A stretch of 64,000 nucleotides of DNA from Bacteroidales bacterium (GTDB lineage Bacteria; Bacteroidota; Bacteroidia; Bacteroidales; UBA932): assembly GCA_045642485.1 (NCBI GenBank), contig JAZUIV010000002.1, positions 5,107-69,106 of the forward strand, written 5' to 3'. Shown here in pieces: positions 52,809-62,456 of the stretch. Position 1 is the stretch's first letter, and every line of letters starts with the position of its first letter. A program made the translations under genes and the position numbers. The notes under the pieces were generated by a model that saw only the letters and a program-made list of their open reading frames with translations, searched no databases and was not told the origin of the DNA.

Positions 52809-53945
52809 ATGAAACGCACCATCATCATAACCGGAGGAGCGGGATTCATCGGATCCCACGTAGTACGTCTGTTCGTCAACAGATATCCGGAATATACCAT
52901 CATCAATCTCGACAAACTCACATATGCCGGTAACCTGGCCAATCTCAAGGACATTGAGGGGCGCCCCAACTACCGCTTCGTCAAGATGGATATCTGTGAC
53001 TTCGAAGGAGTCCTGAATCTGATGCGGCACGAGAATGTGGACGGTATCATTCATCTGGCCGCAGAGAGCCACGTGGACCGCAGCATCAAGGACCCGTTCA
53101 CCTTCGCGCAGACAAACGTGATGGGAACCCTAAGCCTGCTCCAGGCCGCAAAAGTTTATTGGGATTCTCTTCCCGAAAAATACGAAGGAAAGCTTTTCTA
53201 CCATATCTCCACCGACGAGGTTTATGGAGCTCTTCAAATGACCCACCCCGATGGAATCGAGCCGCCCTTCTCAACAAAGGCATCCAGCGGCGAGCACCAT
53301 CTGGCATACGGCGAGAAGTTCTTCACCGAAGATCTCAAGTACCTGCCCCACTCTCCCTACAGCGCCTCAAAAGCAAGTTCAGACCATTTCGTCAGGGCAT
53401 TTCACGACACCTACGGACTTCCGACAATAGTGACAAACTGCTCTAACAATTACGGCCCGTACCAATTCCCCGAAAAGCTGATACCTCTTTTCATCAACAA
53501 CATCAGGCACCGCAAGCCGCTGCCGGTTTACGGCCAGGGGCTCAACGTCCGTGACTGGCTCTACGTGGAAGACCACGCAAGAGCAATCGACCTTATCTTC
53601 CACAAGGGAAGAATCGCCGAAACCTACAATATCGGAGGTTTCAACGAATGGAAGAACATCGACCTTATCAAAGTTATCATCAATACCGTTGACAGGCTAC
53701 TGGGAAGGGCCGAAGGCGAAGACCTCAACCTCATCACATACGTGACTGACCGCGCGGGGCATGACCTTCGATACGCCATCGACTCCTCTTTCCTGCAGAA
53801 GGAACTCGGCTGGGAGCCATCTCTCCAATTTGAGGAAGGAATCGAAAAGACCGTCCGCTGGTATCTCGAAAACCAGGAATGGATGGACAACGTCACCTCG
53901 GGCGATTATCTGAAATACTACCGGGATATGTATTCCGCCAGATAA
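52809..53945 (+). CDS. rfbB: dTDP-glucose 4,6-dehydratase
   Basis: 378 aa. Motifs are TGGAGFIGSH, HLAAESHVDRS, YSASKASSDH and NCSNNYGPYQFPEKLIP. Confidence 0.93.
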   Translation: MKRTIIITGGAGFIGSHVVRLFVNRYPEYTIINLDKLTYAGNLANLKDIEGRPNYRFVKMDICDFEGVLNLMRHENVDGIIHLAAESHVDRSIKDPFTFAQTNVMGTLSLLQAAKVYWDSLPEKYEGKLFYHISTDEVYGALQMTHPDGIEPPFSTKASSGEHHLAYGEKFFTEDLKYLPHSPYSASKASSDHFVRAFHDTYGLPTIVTNCSNNYGPYQFPEKLIPLFINNIRHRKPLPVYGQGLNVRDWLYVEDHARAIDLIFHKGRIAETYNIGGFNEWKNIDLIKVIINTVDRLLGRAEGEDLNLITYVTDRAGHDLRYAIDSSFLQKELGWEPSLQFEEGIEKTVRWYLENQEWMDNVTSGDYLKYYRDMYSAR

Positions 53946-53979
53946 ACAACGAAGCCGGCTTCCGCCGGCTTCGTTGTTT
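53944..53979. terminator. bidirectional intrinsic terminator between rfbB and the convergent phosphodiesterase gene
   Basis: AAACAACGAAGCCGGC-ttcc-GCCGGCTTCGTTGTTT, a perfect 16-bp stem with A/T-rich ends on both sides. Confidence 0.75.
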
Positions 53980-53994
53980 ATCTCCAGACCACTT

Positions 53995-55587
53995 TTATTT
54001 CTTGAGGTCAACGATGTTGAAGGGGAACACCGGCCCGCCGTTAAGTCCCCAGGAGAGGTTGAGGCTCTGTCCTTCGCAATCCTCGAAATACTCGAGTTTG
54101 ATGATATGCTCACCCTCGGTGAGATCTGCAACGCCCATCTTCTCCATATAGGTATGGGAGCCGTCGTTATCCACAACCTTGTTTCCGTCAATAATAAGGC
54201 GTGAACCGTCATCGGATCCGAGAAGGAAACGGTACTTGCCACTCTTTTTCACAATCATTCTGGATGAGAAGATTACCGCAAAATCATCCTCTTCAGGTCT
54301 GACGGGGATTCCGTCGAGCGTGAAGTTGGAGACATAGCCAACAGCATCGGCGCGTCCGAACTTTGTGAAATCGGGAAGGGATTCACCCGTATAGTTCCTG
54401 TAGAGTTTGTATTCTATGGGGGCCTCGCCAGCGGGAGCTTCTGCATAGAGAAGGTTCTCCGCTACAGCGCTGTACTGTCCGTTCTTGTAAGTGACTGATT
54501 TGACAACCGTATTCCCGTCAATCTTGAAGGGACCCGTGTAACGGATGGACTCTTTGGTGGGGATACTGCCGTCAAGAGAATAGTAAATCTCGGCATCCCG
54601 GGCATCAGCAGTGATAGTTACTTCAGAAGCGACGCCGCGGAAAGGACTTACGAAAGGAAGGGGTACATAATTCAGTTCTCCCTTGGGCTCGAAAGCTTCC
54701 CAAAGGAACTGGCCGCGGCATTCACGGGGCATCTCGACACCAAGAAGGCCCGCGATGGTCACCGCATTGTCATATATCATATTGGTATGCTCCATAACTT
54801 TGCCCTTGGTCACACCTTTTCCATACATAATGACAGGCACTTCAAGTTCACTCTCGTTGTCGCCGCCGTGTCCGAAACGGACTCCGCCGTGGTCACCGGT
54901 AATCATAATGACGATATCCTTCATCAGGCCTCTCTTCTCCAACTCGGTGACGAATTCTCCGATTATCTTGTCGCACATTGTGATGGCGTCAAAGTAGCCC
55001 TGATTCTCGTGGCCGTATTTGTGACCTGCGTGGTCGGTTTCGTCAACGGAGACGAAAAGGAACTCGGGCTGATTCTCCAGATATGAATCAAACGCTTTTC
55101 TGAGAGTTGCCTCTCCGTTTTCACATCTTTCGGAGTAATCGAAGGAATTCATATCATACATACGAGTCTGGCCATTCCACTCATAGAACCCGTACACTTT
55201 GGCATCCGGACGCTGCTGTTTCACCACGTCGAATATAGTGGGGAACCGGCCTGTGGCATTGTGGACGGCAGGCTCAATCATTCGTGTTTCATATTCCCAG
55301 TCATTGCCGGTGACACCGTGCATCTCAATCGGAGCGCCGCTGAGCATACACATCCAGTTCTGTGATGAGGATGTTTCACGGGCAACACGGGTGTGGATGG
55401 AGACCGCGCCGTTTTCAATCATATAGTTGAAATTCGGCGTTTCGGCCCTCTGAAGCCCGACGGCGCTCAGTGCGTCGAGCCCGATGAAAATCACGTGTTT
55501 TGCTCTGGGAGTCTTCTGCTGATGGCAACAGGAAGCGGTCACCAATGCCAGACAGAGGCAGGTGACGGCGATGGTTTTTAATTTCAT
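53995..55587 (-). CDS. secreted type I phosphodiesterase/nucleotide pyrophosphatase (alkaline-phosphatase superfamily) with C-terminal Fn3-like and PA14-like domains
   Basis: Start at the ATG at 55587 (MKLKTIAVTCLCLALVTASCC). NPP motifs are GLDAL, DETDHAGHKYG and ITGDHGG. The C-terminus has IYYSLDGSIPT and a PA14-like stretch (GKYRFLLGSDDGSRLIIDG). Confidence 0.7.
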   Translation of the reverse strand: MKLKTIAVTCLCLALVTASCCHQQKTPRAKHVIFIGLDALSAVGLQRAETPNFNYMIENGAVSIHTRVARETSSSQNWMCMLSGAPIEMHGVTGNDWEYETRMIEPAVHNATGRFPTIFDVVKQQRPDAKVYGFYEWNGQTRMYDMNSFDYSERCENGEATLRKAFDSYLENQPEFLFVSVDETDHAGHKYGHENQGYFDAITMCDKIIGEFVTELEKRGLMKDIVIMITGDHGGVRFGHGGDNESELEVPVIMYGKGVTKGKVMEHTNMIYDNAVTIAGLLGVEMPRECRGQFLWEAFEPKGELNYVPLPFVSPFRGVASEVTITADARDAEIYYSLDGSIPTKESIRYTGPFKIDGNTVVKSVTYKNGQYSAVAENLLYAEAPAGEAPIEYKLYRNYTGESLPDFTKFGRADAVGYVSNFTLDGIPVRPEEDDFAVIFSSRMIVKKSGKYRFLLGSDDGSRLIIDGNKVVDNDGSHTYMEKMGVADLTEGEHIIKLEYFEDCEGQSLNLSWGLNGGPVFPFNIVDLKK

Positions 55588-55609
55588 AGCGTATTTTAGA
55601 TTATTAGAC

Positions 55610-57370
55610 TTAGAATAATTCTTTATCCTTGATATCCTTGACCCTGAGCTGTATATTGGCAATGCCCCTGTAATAGTTCTCCGCTATGGAATAGCAGATG
55701 TCAACGGGGTTGCCGGCGTGCATATGGTCATAGTGTTCGGCAAGATTGAAAGCGATTGCCGACACGTGGTGATATGGTTCGTCCTCCTGAATCAGCTCCA
55801 ACTTGAGATGCTTGGATTCCTGTCTTCTGGAGCCGTCGTCGGCATCAGTTGCCCCTACTTTGCGGATGTTCCCGTTGTCATATACATTCTCGGTAATGAA
55901 GACAGGCGACTGGTTGCCGGGGCCGAAAGGCTGGAACTGCTTCAGCAACCGGAAGAATTTGGGAGTAATCTGATTGAAGTCCAGGTAGGAGTCGATTGTG
56001 ACGATGGGGGTCAGATCGACTTTTGAAATCTTGGCCGCGACATCCTCTTCGAATCTGCGGCAGAATTCATCGAAATTTTCCTCCTTGATTGTCAGACCCG
56101 CGGCATACATATGACCTCCGAAGTTCTCCAGAAGGTCCGCACAGGATTCAATCGAAGCATACAGGTCAAAGCCGGCAACCGAACGGGCCGACCCTGTGAT
56201 GAATCCGTTGGATTTGGTCATCACGATGGTGGGTTTGTAGTATGCCTCCACCAGACGTGAAGCCACAATACCCAGCACACCCTTGTGCCACTTGGGGTTA
56301 TAGAGAATCGTGGACTTCCTTTCCGCATAGAGGGGATGGTTCCTCACCATCTCTATCGCTTCCCTGGTAATCTCACGGTCAATTTTCTTTCTGTCGTTGT
56401 TGTGCTCGTTGATGGCGGCGCCTATCTCACGGGCATCCTCTTCATCGCGGGAAGTGAGCATATCCACCGCTGTCCTGCCTGATTCCATACGGCCGGCGGC
56501 ATTGATACGGGGACCGATTTTGAAAACAATCTCGTCGATTGTTATCCTGTGCTTCTCCAGTCCGGAGAGCTTAATTATGCTCATCAGGCCCTTGCGGGGA
56601 TTCTCGTTCAGTTGTTTCAACCCGTAATAGGCAAGGACTCTGTTCTCACCCGTTACGGAGACAAGGTCGGATGCGATACTTACCACCAGCAAATCAAGGA
56701 GGCTTACGATATCCTCAAAAGGGATTCCGTGCCTTGAGGCATATGCCTGAACAAGTTTGAAACCCACTCCACAGCCCGACAAATCGTCGAACGGATAGGT
56801 GTCATCCTCCCTCTTGGGGTCGAGCACCGCCACAGCAGGAGGCAACTCCGAGTCCGGAAGATGGTGGTCACAGACTATAACGTCTATCCCGAGAGATGCG
56901 GCGTATTTGACTTTCTCTATGGCCTTTATCCCGCAATCCAAGGTGATTATCAGGCTGCAGCCGTGCTCCTTTGCACAGTCGATACCCTTGTAGGAGACTC
57001 CGTATCCTTCGTCATACCTGTCAGGGATATAATATTCTATCTCCTTTGTCAAAGTGCGGAAGAAGGAATAGACCAGCGAGACCGCCGTCGTTCCGTCAAC
57101 GTCATAATCTCCGTAAACGAACAGTCTCTCTTTGTTCTTGATTGCCTCGTCCAGGCGCTGCACGGCCTTTTCCATATCTTTCATAAGGAAAGGGTCGTGA
57201 AGCATCGACAAATCGGGCCGGAAGAAGGCTCTCGCCTTGGCGAAGGTATCAATCCCCCGCTGTACCAGCAGATTTGCAAGAATCTGGTCTATGCCCAGTT
57301 CCTGTGCAAGCTGGCGGACAACTGCGGGATTGCCCTGCTCTTTGACGTACCATTTCTTCTCTATACCCAT
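55610..57370 (-). CDS. recJ: single-stranded-DNA-specific exonuclease RecJ
   Basis: 586 aa. Motifs are DHH-family (VYGDYDVDGTT, TLDCGI, VCDHH) and DHHA1 (GGH..AAG). Confidence 0.93.
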   Translation of the reverse strand: MGIEKKWYVKEQGNPAVVRQLAQELGIDQILANLLVQRGIDTFAKARAFFRPDLSMLHDPFLMKDMEKAVQRLDEAIKNKERLFVYGDYDVDGTTAVSLVYSFFRTLTKEIEYYIPDRYDEGYGVSYKGIDCAKEHGCSLIITLDCGIKAIEKVKYAASLGIDVIVCDHHLPDSELPPAVAVLDPKREDDTYPFDDLSGCGVGFKLVQAYASRHGIPFEDIVSLLDLLVVSIASDLVSVTGENRVLAYYGLKQLNENPRKGLMSIIKLSGLEKHRITIDEIVFKIGPRINAAGRMESGRTAVDMLTSRDEEDAREIGAAINEHNNDRKKIDREITREAIEMVRNHPLYAERKSTILYNPKWHKGVLGIVASRLVEAYYKPTIVMTKSNGFITGSARSVAGFDLYASIESCADLLENFGGHMYAAGLTIKEENFDEFCRRFEEDVAAKISKVDLTPIVTIDSYLDFNQITPKFFRLLKQFQPFGPGNQSPVFITENVYDNGNIRKVGATDADDGSRRQESKHLKLELIQEDEPYHHVSAIAFNLAEHYDHMHAGNPVDICYSIAENYYRGIANIQLRVKDIKDKELF

Positions 57371-57379
57371 AACCTGCTA

Positions 57380-57838
57380 TCAGAACGGAAGATCATCAGT
57401 TCCCTCATCGGAAAGGTCCGCAGGGGAGACTATCGGTGTGGACTGAACGGGCGCGGCAGGTGCCGGAGCCGGAGAATAACTGCGCTCTGAAGGAGCCGCG
57501 CCTTCATTGCGGCGGCTGCCGAGGAGCTGTATGGCATTCGCCCTTATTTCAGTGGCATAATGCTTTACGCCGGACTGGTCATCCCAGGTACGGGTACGGA
57601 TAGCCCCTTCAACGTAAATCTGTGTCCCTTTACGAATATAGTTTTTGGACAAATCTGCAAGCTGGCCCCAGGCCACTACGGTATGCCATTCGGTCACTTC
57701 CCTGACCTCTCCGCTACGATCCTTGAACCTTTCATTTGTGGCAAGTGTAAGCGTTGCTACTGAAGAGCCGCCTTCCAGATGCCGGATTTCCGGGTCTTTC
57801 CCCACATTCCCAATCAATAAAACTTTATTAAGACTCAT
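57380..57838 (-). CDS. ssb: single-stranded DNA-binding protein
   Basis: 152 aa. The sequence is NKVLLIGNVGKDPE.R....VA.L.LATNE...EWH.VV.W, with an acidic C-terminal tip DDLPF. Confidence 0.93.
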   Translation of the reverse strand: MSLNKVLLIGNVGKDPEIRHLEGGSSVATLTLATNERFKDRSGEVREVTEWHTVVAWGQLADLSKNYIRKGTQIYVEGAIRTRTWDDQSGVKHYATEIRANAIQLLGSRRNEGAAPSERSYSPAPAPAAPVQSTPIVSPADLSDEGTDDLPF

Positions 57839-57977
57839 AGTGCATAAATTTTGCTAAAATTACTAAATAAAGGCGAGTTTATGAAATCTTTTTTCTCAAA
57901 TCCTGACAAGAGAAAAAAGCGTGCCGCTTTAAATGGTTAATTGATAAATATTTGTAATAAAAAAAGATTTTTTGAAT

Positions 57978-58556
57978 CTACGATTCAAGCATTTCCATAA
58001 CCGGTTTGAGGGACCTGGCCGCTATCCCCTGTCTTATAGCTTCTTTCTGCTTCGCTTCAAGCTGTTTTGAGAGATTTCTTAGATATGTTTCAAGATCGAC
58101 CGACTGAGGGATGTCCATCTTTTTCCTGATTTTGTACCGTCTGTTGTAAAACGAAACCGGATGATCATACCCGCAGGCATAATCCACGTCAGCCGCAGAC
58201 AGTCCCATGGCCAGCAGACTGCAAAAATCCAAATCAAGCTGAGTCAGAAGAGGATATCTCTTTCTGAGATATTCGGTCAGCCCGTAGCAGTATCGGTTTG
58301 ACAGGACCGGAAGGACCGTCACCATAGTCTGGGATTTCGAAATTTTAATGGAGAAACTTTTACGGAGCCTCTTCATCAGCAGGACTGGATTGTCTCCACT
58401 TGCAGAGAGGGTTGCCATAACGTCTGAAACTATCTCAACGGCTGCATCTATGGCCCTTTTCTCCCCGAACTCCAGTTCATAAAGAAAAATCAGAATCTTT
58501 CGGGTCCACCTGCGCTGACGGATGTCCCTTACCGCCAGGAACACCACAAGAGCCAA
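57978..58556 (-). CDS. hypothetical protein (start codon uncertain)
   Basis: 192-aa ORF beginning at a TTG. The first in-frame ATG is at 58418. No family recognised. Confidence 0.45.
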   Translation of the reverse strand: MALVVFLAVRDIRQRRWTRKILIFLYELEFGEKRAIDAAVEIVSDVMATLSASGDNPVLLMKRLRKSFSIKISKSQTMVTVLPVLSNRYCYGLTEYLRKRYPLLTQLDLDFCSLLAMGLSAADVDYACGYDHPVSFYNRRYKIRKKMDIPQSVDLETYLRNLSKQLEAKQKEAIRQGIAARSLKPVMEMLES

Positions 58557-58597
58557 AAGAAGAAGGATAAGCGAAAAAAAATATATTACTCATAATT

Positions 58598-59362
58598 TTA
58601 TTTGATGCGGAACTTGCTTAATTTCTGCAAGTCAGGATGTTTCCCAGTCATAACGGCGAAACCCGCGGCAGCTTGCTCCACAAGCCATTCCGTACCGTGG
58701 ACATAACGGCATCCGGATTTCCTGCACAAGTTCAGCAATCCGGGGTCCCTGTAGTTGGCCTCGACGACGGTTCTGCCCGTCAGGTCAAGTTGCCGCATAT
58801 ATTCGGGCACAAGCGGAATCGTATGGATAAGAATGTCAAAGCCGCACTCTGACAAAGATTCCCTGTCCGGGCGGACAGGCTCAAGATTTTCCACTGATTC
58901 ACAGAATATCCGGGCCTTGGAGAAATCCCTGTTGGCCACTTTGGTCGGGAATCCCAGCATAGCAGAAGCCAAGGCCGCCGCCTTTCCGGCACCGCCGCAC
59001 CCCGTGACAAGTACCCGCGGGCAACCGATGAAGCCCTCTGTCAGATTCCTCAGGATAGTCTGGACAGCAGTAAAATCCGTATTGTATGCCTTGACTCCGG
59101 ACTTCTCCTTGACAAGGAGATTGGTAGCCTTCAGAAAAGCCGCCGCTTCATCTGTGGCATCGGCACGGAGAAAAGCCTTCTCCTTGAATGGAGCCGTCAC
59201 ATTGATTGCATCATAATCCCGCTCGAAAAGGGATATGGCTTCATCGAAAGAGTCCGTTTCAATCAATTCATATGTATCTTCAGTGCAGGGATAGCCGGCA
59301 CGGAACAGTTCCGGGCTCAGGCTGTGGCCGATCGGGTATCCTATGAGGCCGAAACGTCTCAT
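58598..59362 (-). CDS. aroE: shikimate dehydrogenase
   Basis: 254 aa. Motifs are FGLIGYPIGHSLSP, NVTAPFKE and GCGGAGKAA. Confidence 0.9.
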   Translation of the reverse strand: MRRFGLIGYPIGHSLSPELFRAGYPCTEDTYELIETDSFDEAISLFERDYDAINVTAPFKEKAFLRADATDEAAAFLKATNLLVKEKSGVKAYNTDFTAVQTILRNLTEGFIGCPRVLVTGCGGAGKAAALASAMLGFPTKVANRDFSKARIFCESVENLEPVRPDRESLSECGFDILIHTIPLVPEYMRQLDLTGRTVVEANYRDPGLLNLCRKSGCRYVHGTEWLVEQAAAGFAVMTGKHPDLQKLSKFRIK

Positions 59363-60138
59363 CTTTTAGGGGTATTCCTCTGTCGGACAGCCTCGAAGCA
59401 GAGTATTGCAGCCGATACGGACACGTTAAGGGAATCCATCAGGCCGGCCATAGGAATCCGTATCCTTGAATCCGAACGCACGCGCCAGAAATCCGTCAGC
59501 CCCTTGTCCTCGGTTCCGAAGACAAGCGCCGTGCCCCCTGTCATATCCGTGTCGTAATAGATTTCTGAATCCTGCAACTGCGCCGTCAGCACATTGAGCC
59601 CTGCCGACTTTATCACTCCGTATGCCTCCTCGGAAGTACAGCAGACCGTAGTGACACTGAATACAGCCCCAAGACTCGCGCGAATCAGATTGGGATTGTA
59701 GAGGTCCGTAAGCGGGTCGCATATGAATACAGCATCCACCCCCGCGGCGTCAGCCGTGCGGAGGACCGCGCCCAGATTGCCGGGCTTCTCAACGCTTTCG
59801 AGGACCAGAACCAGGGACTTGGTGGAAAGTCGCAACTTCGCAACTTCTGCGTACCTGGCCTTCATAACCGCAATCACCCCTTCAGTGCCTTCCCTGTATG
59901 CAATCTTGCCATAAACCTTCTCATTAACCCCGAAAACCGGGCAGGAAGGTATTCCGGGGACGTTGTTTTCATCCGTACAGAAAATCTCCACCGGCTCGAA
60001 ACCGCAGGCCATCGCCCTTTCGATCTCTCTCCTTCCCTCCACAACAAAAACCCCGCGTGACCGGCGTTCGCGGGATTTTGTTTCAAGGGTCACAAGATCC
60101 TTGATTTTCGGATTCTGCAAAGACGAAATCAGTTCCAT
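59359..60138 (-). CDS. TrmH/SpoU family RNA 2'-O-methyltransferase
   Basis: 259 aa. Motifs are E.VEKPGNLGAVLRTADAAG, FGTEDKGL and SLNVSVSAAI. It has an ATGA overlap with aroE. Confidence 0.85.
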   Translation of the reverse strand: MELISSLQNPKIKDLVTLETKSRERRSRGVFVVEGRREIERAMACGFEPVEIFCTDENNVPGIPSCPVFGVNEKVYGKIAYREGTEGVIAVMKARYAEVAKLRLSTKSLVLVLESVEKPGNLGAVLRTADAAGVDAVFICDPLTDLYNPNLIRASLGAVFSVTTVCCTSEEAYGVIKSAGLNVLTAQLQDSEIYYDTDMTGGTALVFGTEDKGLTDFWRVRSDSRIRIPMAGLMDSLNVSVSAAILCFEAVRQRNTPKR

Positions 60139-61680
60139 CTACTCCTGTTCGTTATTCTGGGGCGACCTGGTCGCCTGAGGGCGCATCTGCGGGAAGAAGA
60201 GGACGTCCTGAATGGTGGTGGCTCCCGTCATCATCATAGTCAGACGGTCGATACCCATACCAAGCCCCGATGTAGGAGGCATTCCGTATTCCAACGCGCG
60301 GACGAAGTCCATATCGATATACATTGCCTCGTCGTCTCCGGCATTTTTCAGGCGGGCCTGCTCATTGAAGCGGTCCAGCTGGTCGATGGGGTCGTTCAGC
60401 TCGCTGTAAGCGTTGGCCAGTTCCTTCCCGTTGACGAAAAGTTCGAACCTTTCCGTAAGTGCGGGATTCTCCCTGTGGCGCTTGGTCAGAGGGCTCATCT
60501 CCACGGGATAATCCGTAATGAAAGTGGGTTGGATGAGGTTCTTCTCGCAATATTCGCCGAAGATGGCATCAATCAGCTTGCCCACTCCCATCTCCTTGGA
60601 AACCGGCACGTTCAGTTTGGCGCAGACCTCACGCAGAGCGGCCTCGTCCATACCTGCCACATCCACACCGGCATATTCCTTTATTGCCTCAAGCATAGGA
60701 AGTTTGCGATAAGGAGCCTTGAACTCAATCTCGTTGCCCCAGACGTCGAATTTGGTCTTGCCGTTGATGGTCATAGCTATCTTCTCGAGCATCTTCTCGA
60801 CGAACTCCATCATCCATTTGTAGTCCTTGTAGGCCACGTATATCTCCATACAGGTGAATTCAGGATTGTGAGTGCGGTCCATACCCTCATTGCGGAAATC
60901 CTTCGCGAATTCATATACACCACTGAATCCACCGACTATCAGTCTCTTGAGATACAGTTCATTGGCGATACGCAGGTACAGGGGAATATCCAAAGTGTTG
61001 TGATGGGTGATGAAAGGACGCGCGGTCGCACCGCCGGGTATCGACTGGAGAATCGGAGTCTCCACCTCAAGGCATCCGTTCTCATTGAAATACTCTCTCA
61101 TAGTGGCGATGATTTTCGCCCTCTTGACGAAAGTATCCTTGACCTGGGGATTTACAATGAGATCCACATATCTCATCCTGTATCTCAACTCGGGATCGGA
61201 GAAGGCGTCATACACCTCTCCTTCCTTTTCCTTGACAATGGGCAGGACTCTCAATGACTTGCTCAAGACGGTAAGGTTCTTTGCGTGGATGGAAAGCTGG
61301 CCTGTCTGGGTAATGAAGGCGAAACCCTCGATACCGATGATGTCGCCGATGTCAAGCAACTTCTTGAAAACGGTGTTATAGAGGGTCTTGTCCTCTTCAG
61401 GGCAGATTTCGTCGCGCTTCACATAGACCTGAATACGGCCCGTGCTGTCCTGCAGTTCGATGAATGATGCCGCTCCCATAATGCGGCGGCTCATCATACG
61501 GCCTGCAATCACAACCTGAGGAAAACTGTTCTTTTCGGGGTCATAACCGTCCTTGATTTCCTGCGCAGTGGCATTGACTTTATATTGTGCGGCCGGGTAG
61601 GGTTCAATCCCCAGTTCCCTGAGTTTTGCAAGCGATTCCCTTCTGCCTATTTCCTGTTCGTTGAGATCTGTGAATTCCAT
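60139..61680 (-). CDS. lysS: lysine--tRNA ligase (class II)
   Basis: Start [10 protein letters not shown] at 61680. Motifs are an OB-fold, class II motifs (FRNEG.D..HNPEFT, GMGIDRL) and a short Pro/Gln-rich C-terminal tail. Confidence 0.95.
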   Translation of the reverse strand: MEFTDLNEQEIGRRESLAKLRELGIEPYPAAQYKVNATAQEIKDGYDPEKNSFPQVVIAGRMMSRRIMGAASFIELQDSTGRIQVYVKRDEICPEEDKTLYNTVFKKLLDIGDIIGIEGFAFITQTGQLSIHAKNLTVLSKSLRVLPIVKEKEGEVYDAFSDPELRYRMRYVDLIVNPQVKDTFVKRAKIIATMREYFNENGCLEVETPILQSIPGGATARPFITHHNTLDIPLYLRIANELYLKRLIVGGFSGVYEFAKDFRNEGMDRTHNPEFTCMEIYVAYKDYKWMMEFVEKMLEKIAMTINGKTKFDVWGNEIEFKAPYRKLPMLEAIKEYAGVDVAGMDEAALREVCAKLNVPVSKEMGVGKLIDAIFGEYCEKNLIQPTFITDYPVEMSPLTKRHRENPALTERFELFVNGKELANAYSELNDPIDQLDRFNEQARLKNAGDDEAMYIDMDFVRALEYGMPPTSGLGMGIDRLTMMMTGATTIQDVLFFPQMRPQATRSPQNNEQE

Positions 61681-61687
61681 TTGTATT

Positions 61688-62455
61688 TTAATTGATTCCG
61701 GACGCGAAAATAAACATTTTTGGGTCAAATTTCAAATCCCCGCGGCTGAAAAAAGTCTCAATGGTTCCGTCTGAAGCCAACTTTTCCGGAGTCCCGCTGA
61801 CAATGCCCCCACCCTTACGCATAAGCCACAGAGTATGAGCAGTCCGAAGCGCAGTGTCAAGATCGTGCGTGGAAACTATGATTGACTTCCCCTGCTCATC
61901 CGCCAGACGCCTCAGGAGAAGCATCATCTCAGCCCTGCTGGTGATATCAAGGAACGCTGTGGGTTCGTCGAGAATTATGACGGGGCATTCCTGGGCCAAA
62001 GCCTTGGCTATGAAGGCTTTCTGCCTCTCGCCATCACTGAGTTCCGCGAGTTGTTTGCCCTCCAGTGCCATTATTCCGGTAAGAGTCAGGGCAGTGTCAA
62101 CAATCTCCCGGTCCTTTCCGGTCAATCTTCCGAAAAAACCGGTATAGGGAAGCCGGCCCGTCGAGACCAGTTCCCGGACAGTGACTCCTCCGGGACAGAC
62201 CTTCTCCGTGAGCACGATTCCCATTACCCTTGAGAAATGTTCCGGGCTGAGCCGCCCCATTTCCCGCCCCATAATTTCCAACCTCCCTTCAAGAGGTCTG
62301 ACAAATCCGCATAACGTCTTGAGCAGAGTCGATTTGCCAGCCCCGTTGAGTCCGAGCAGGCAGACCAGTTCCCCTTCATTCAGATTCAGATTCAAACCCC
62401 TGTAAAGCGGGGTGTCATACCCAATCGAAAGATTGTTCGCGTTTATTGCCACCAT
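61688..62455 (-). CDS. ABC transporter ATP-binding protein (iron-siderophore/cobalamin/heme importer type)
   Basis: Start [13 protein letters not shown] at 62455. Motifs are Walker [10 protein letters not shown], signature LSDGERQK and Walker [12 protein letters not shown]. Confidence 0.88.
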   Translation of the reverse strand: MVAINANNLSIGYDTPLYRGLNLNLNEGELVCLLGLNGAGKSTLLKTLCGFVRPLEGRLEIMGREMGRLSPEHFSRVMGIVLTEKVCPGGVTVRELVSTGRLPYTGFFGRLTGKDREIVDTALTLTGIMALEGKQLAELSDGERQKAFIAKALAQECPVIILDEPTAFLDITSRAEMMLLLRRLADEQGKSIIVSTHDLDTALRTAHTLWLMRKGGGIVSGTPEKLASDGTIETFFSRGDLKFDPKMFIFASGIN

Positions 62456-62456
62456 T

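Noticed and set aside
57841-57990. Short hairpins (AAAGCG-tgc-CGCTTT and TTGAATC-tac-GATTCAA) in the AT-rich spacer between ssb and the upstream hypothetical gene, as possible ncRNA or terminator elements.
   Set aside because: The stems are only 6-7 bp with 3-nt loops and no adjacent U-tract in the correct orientation. They are not distinguishable from chance in an AT-rich spacer.
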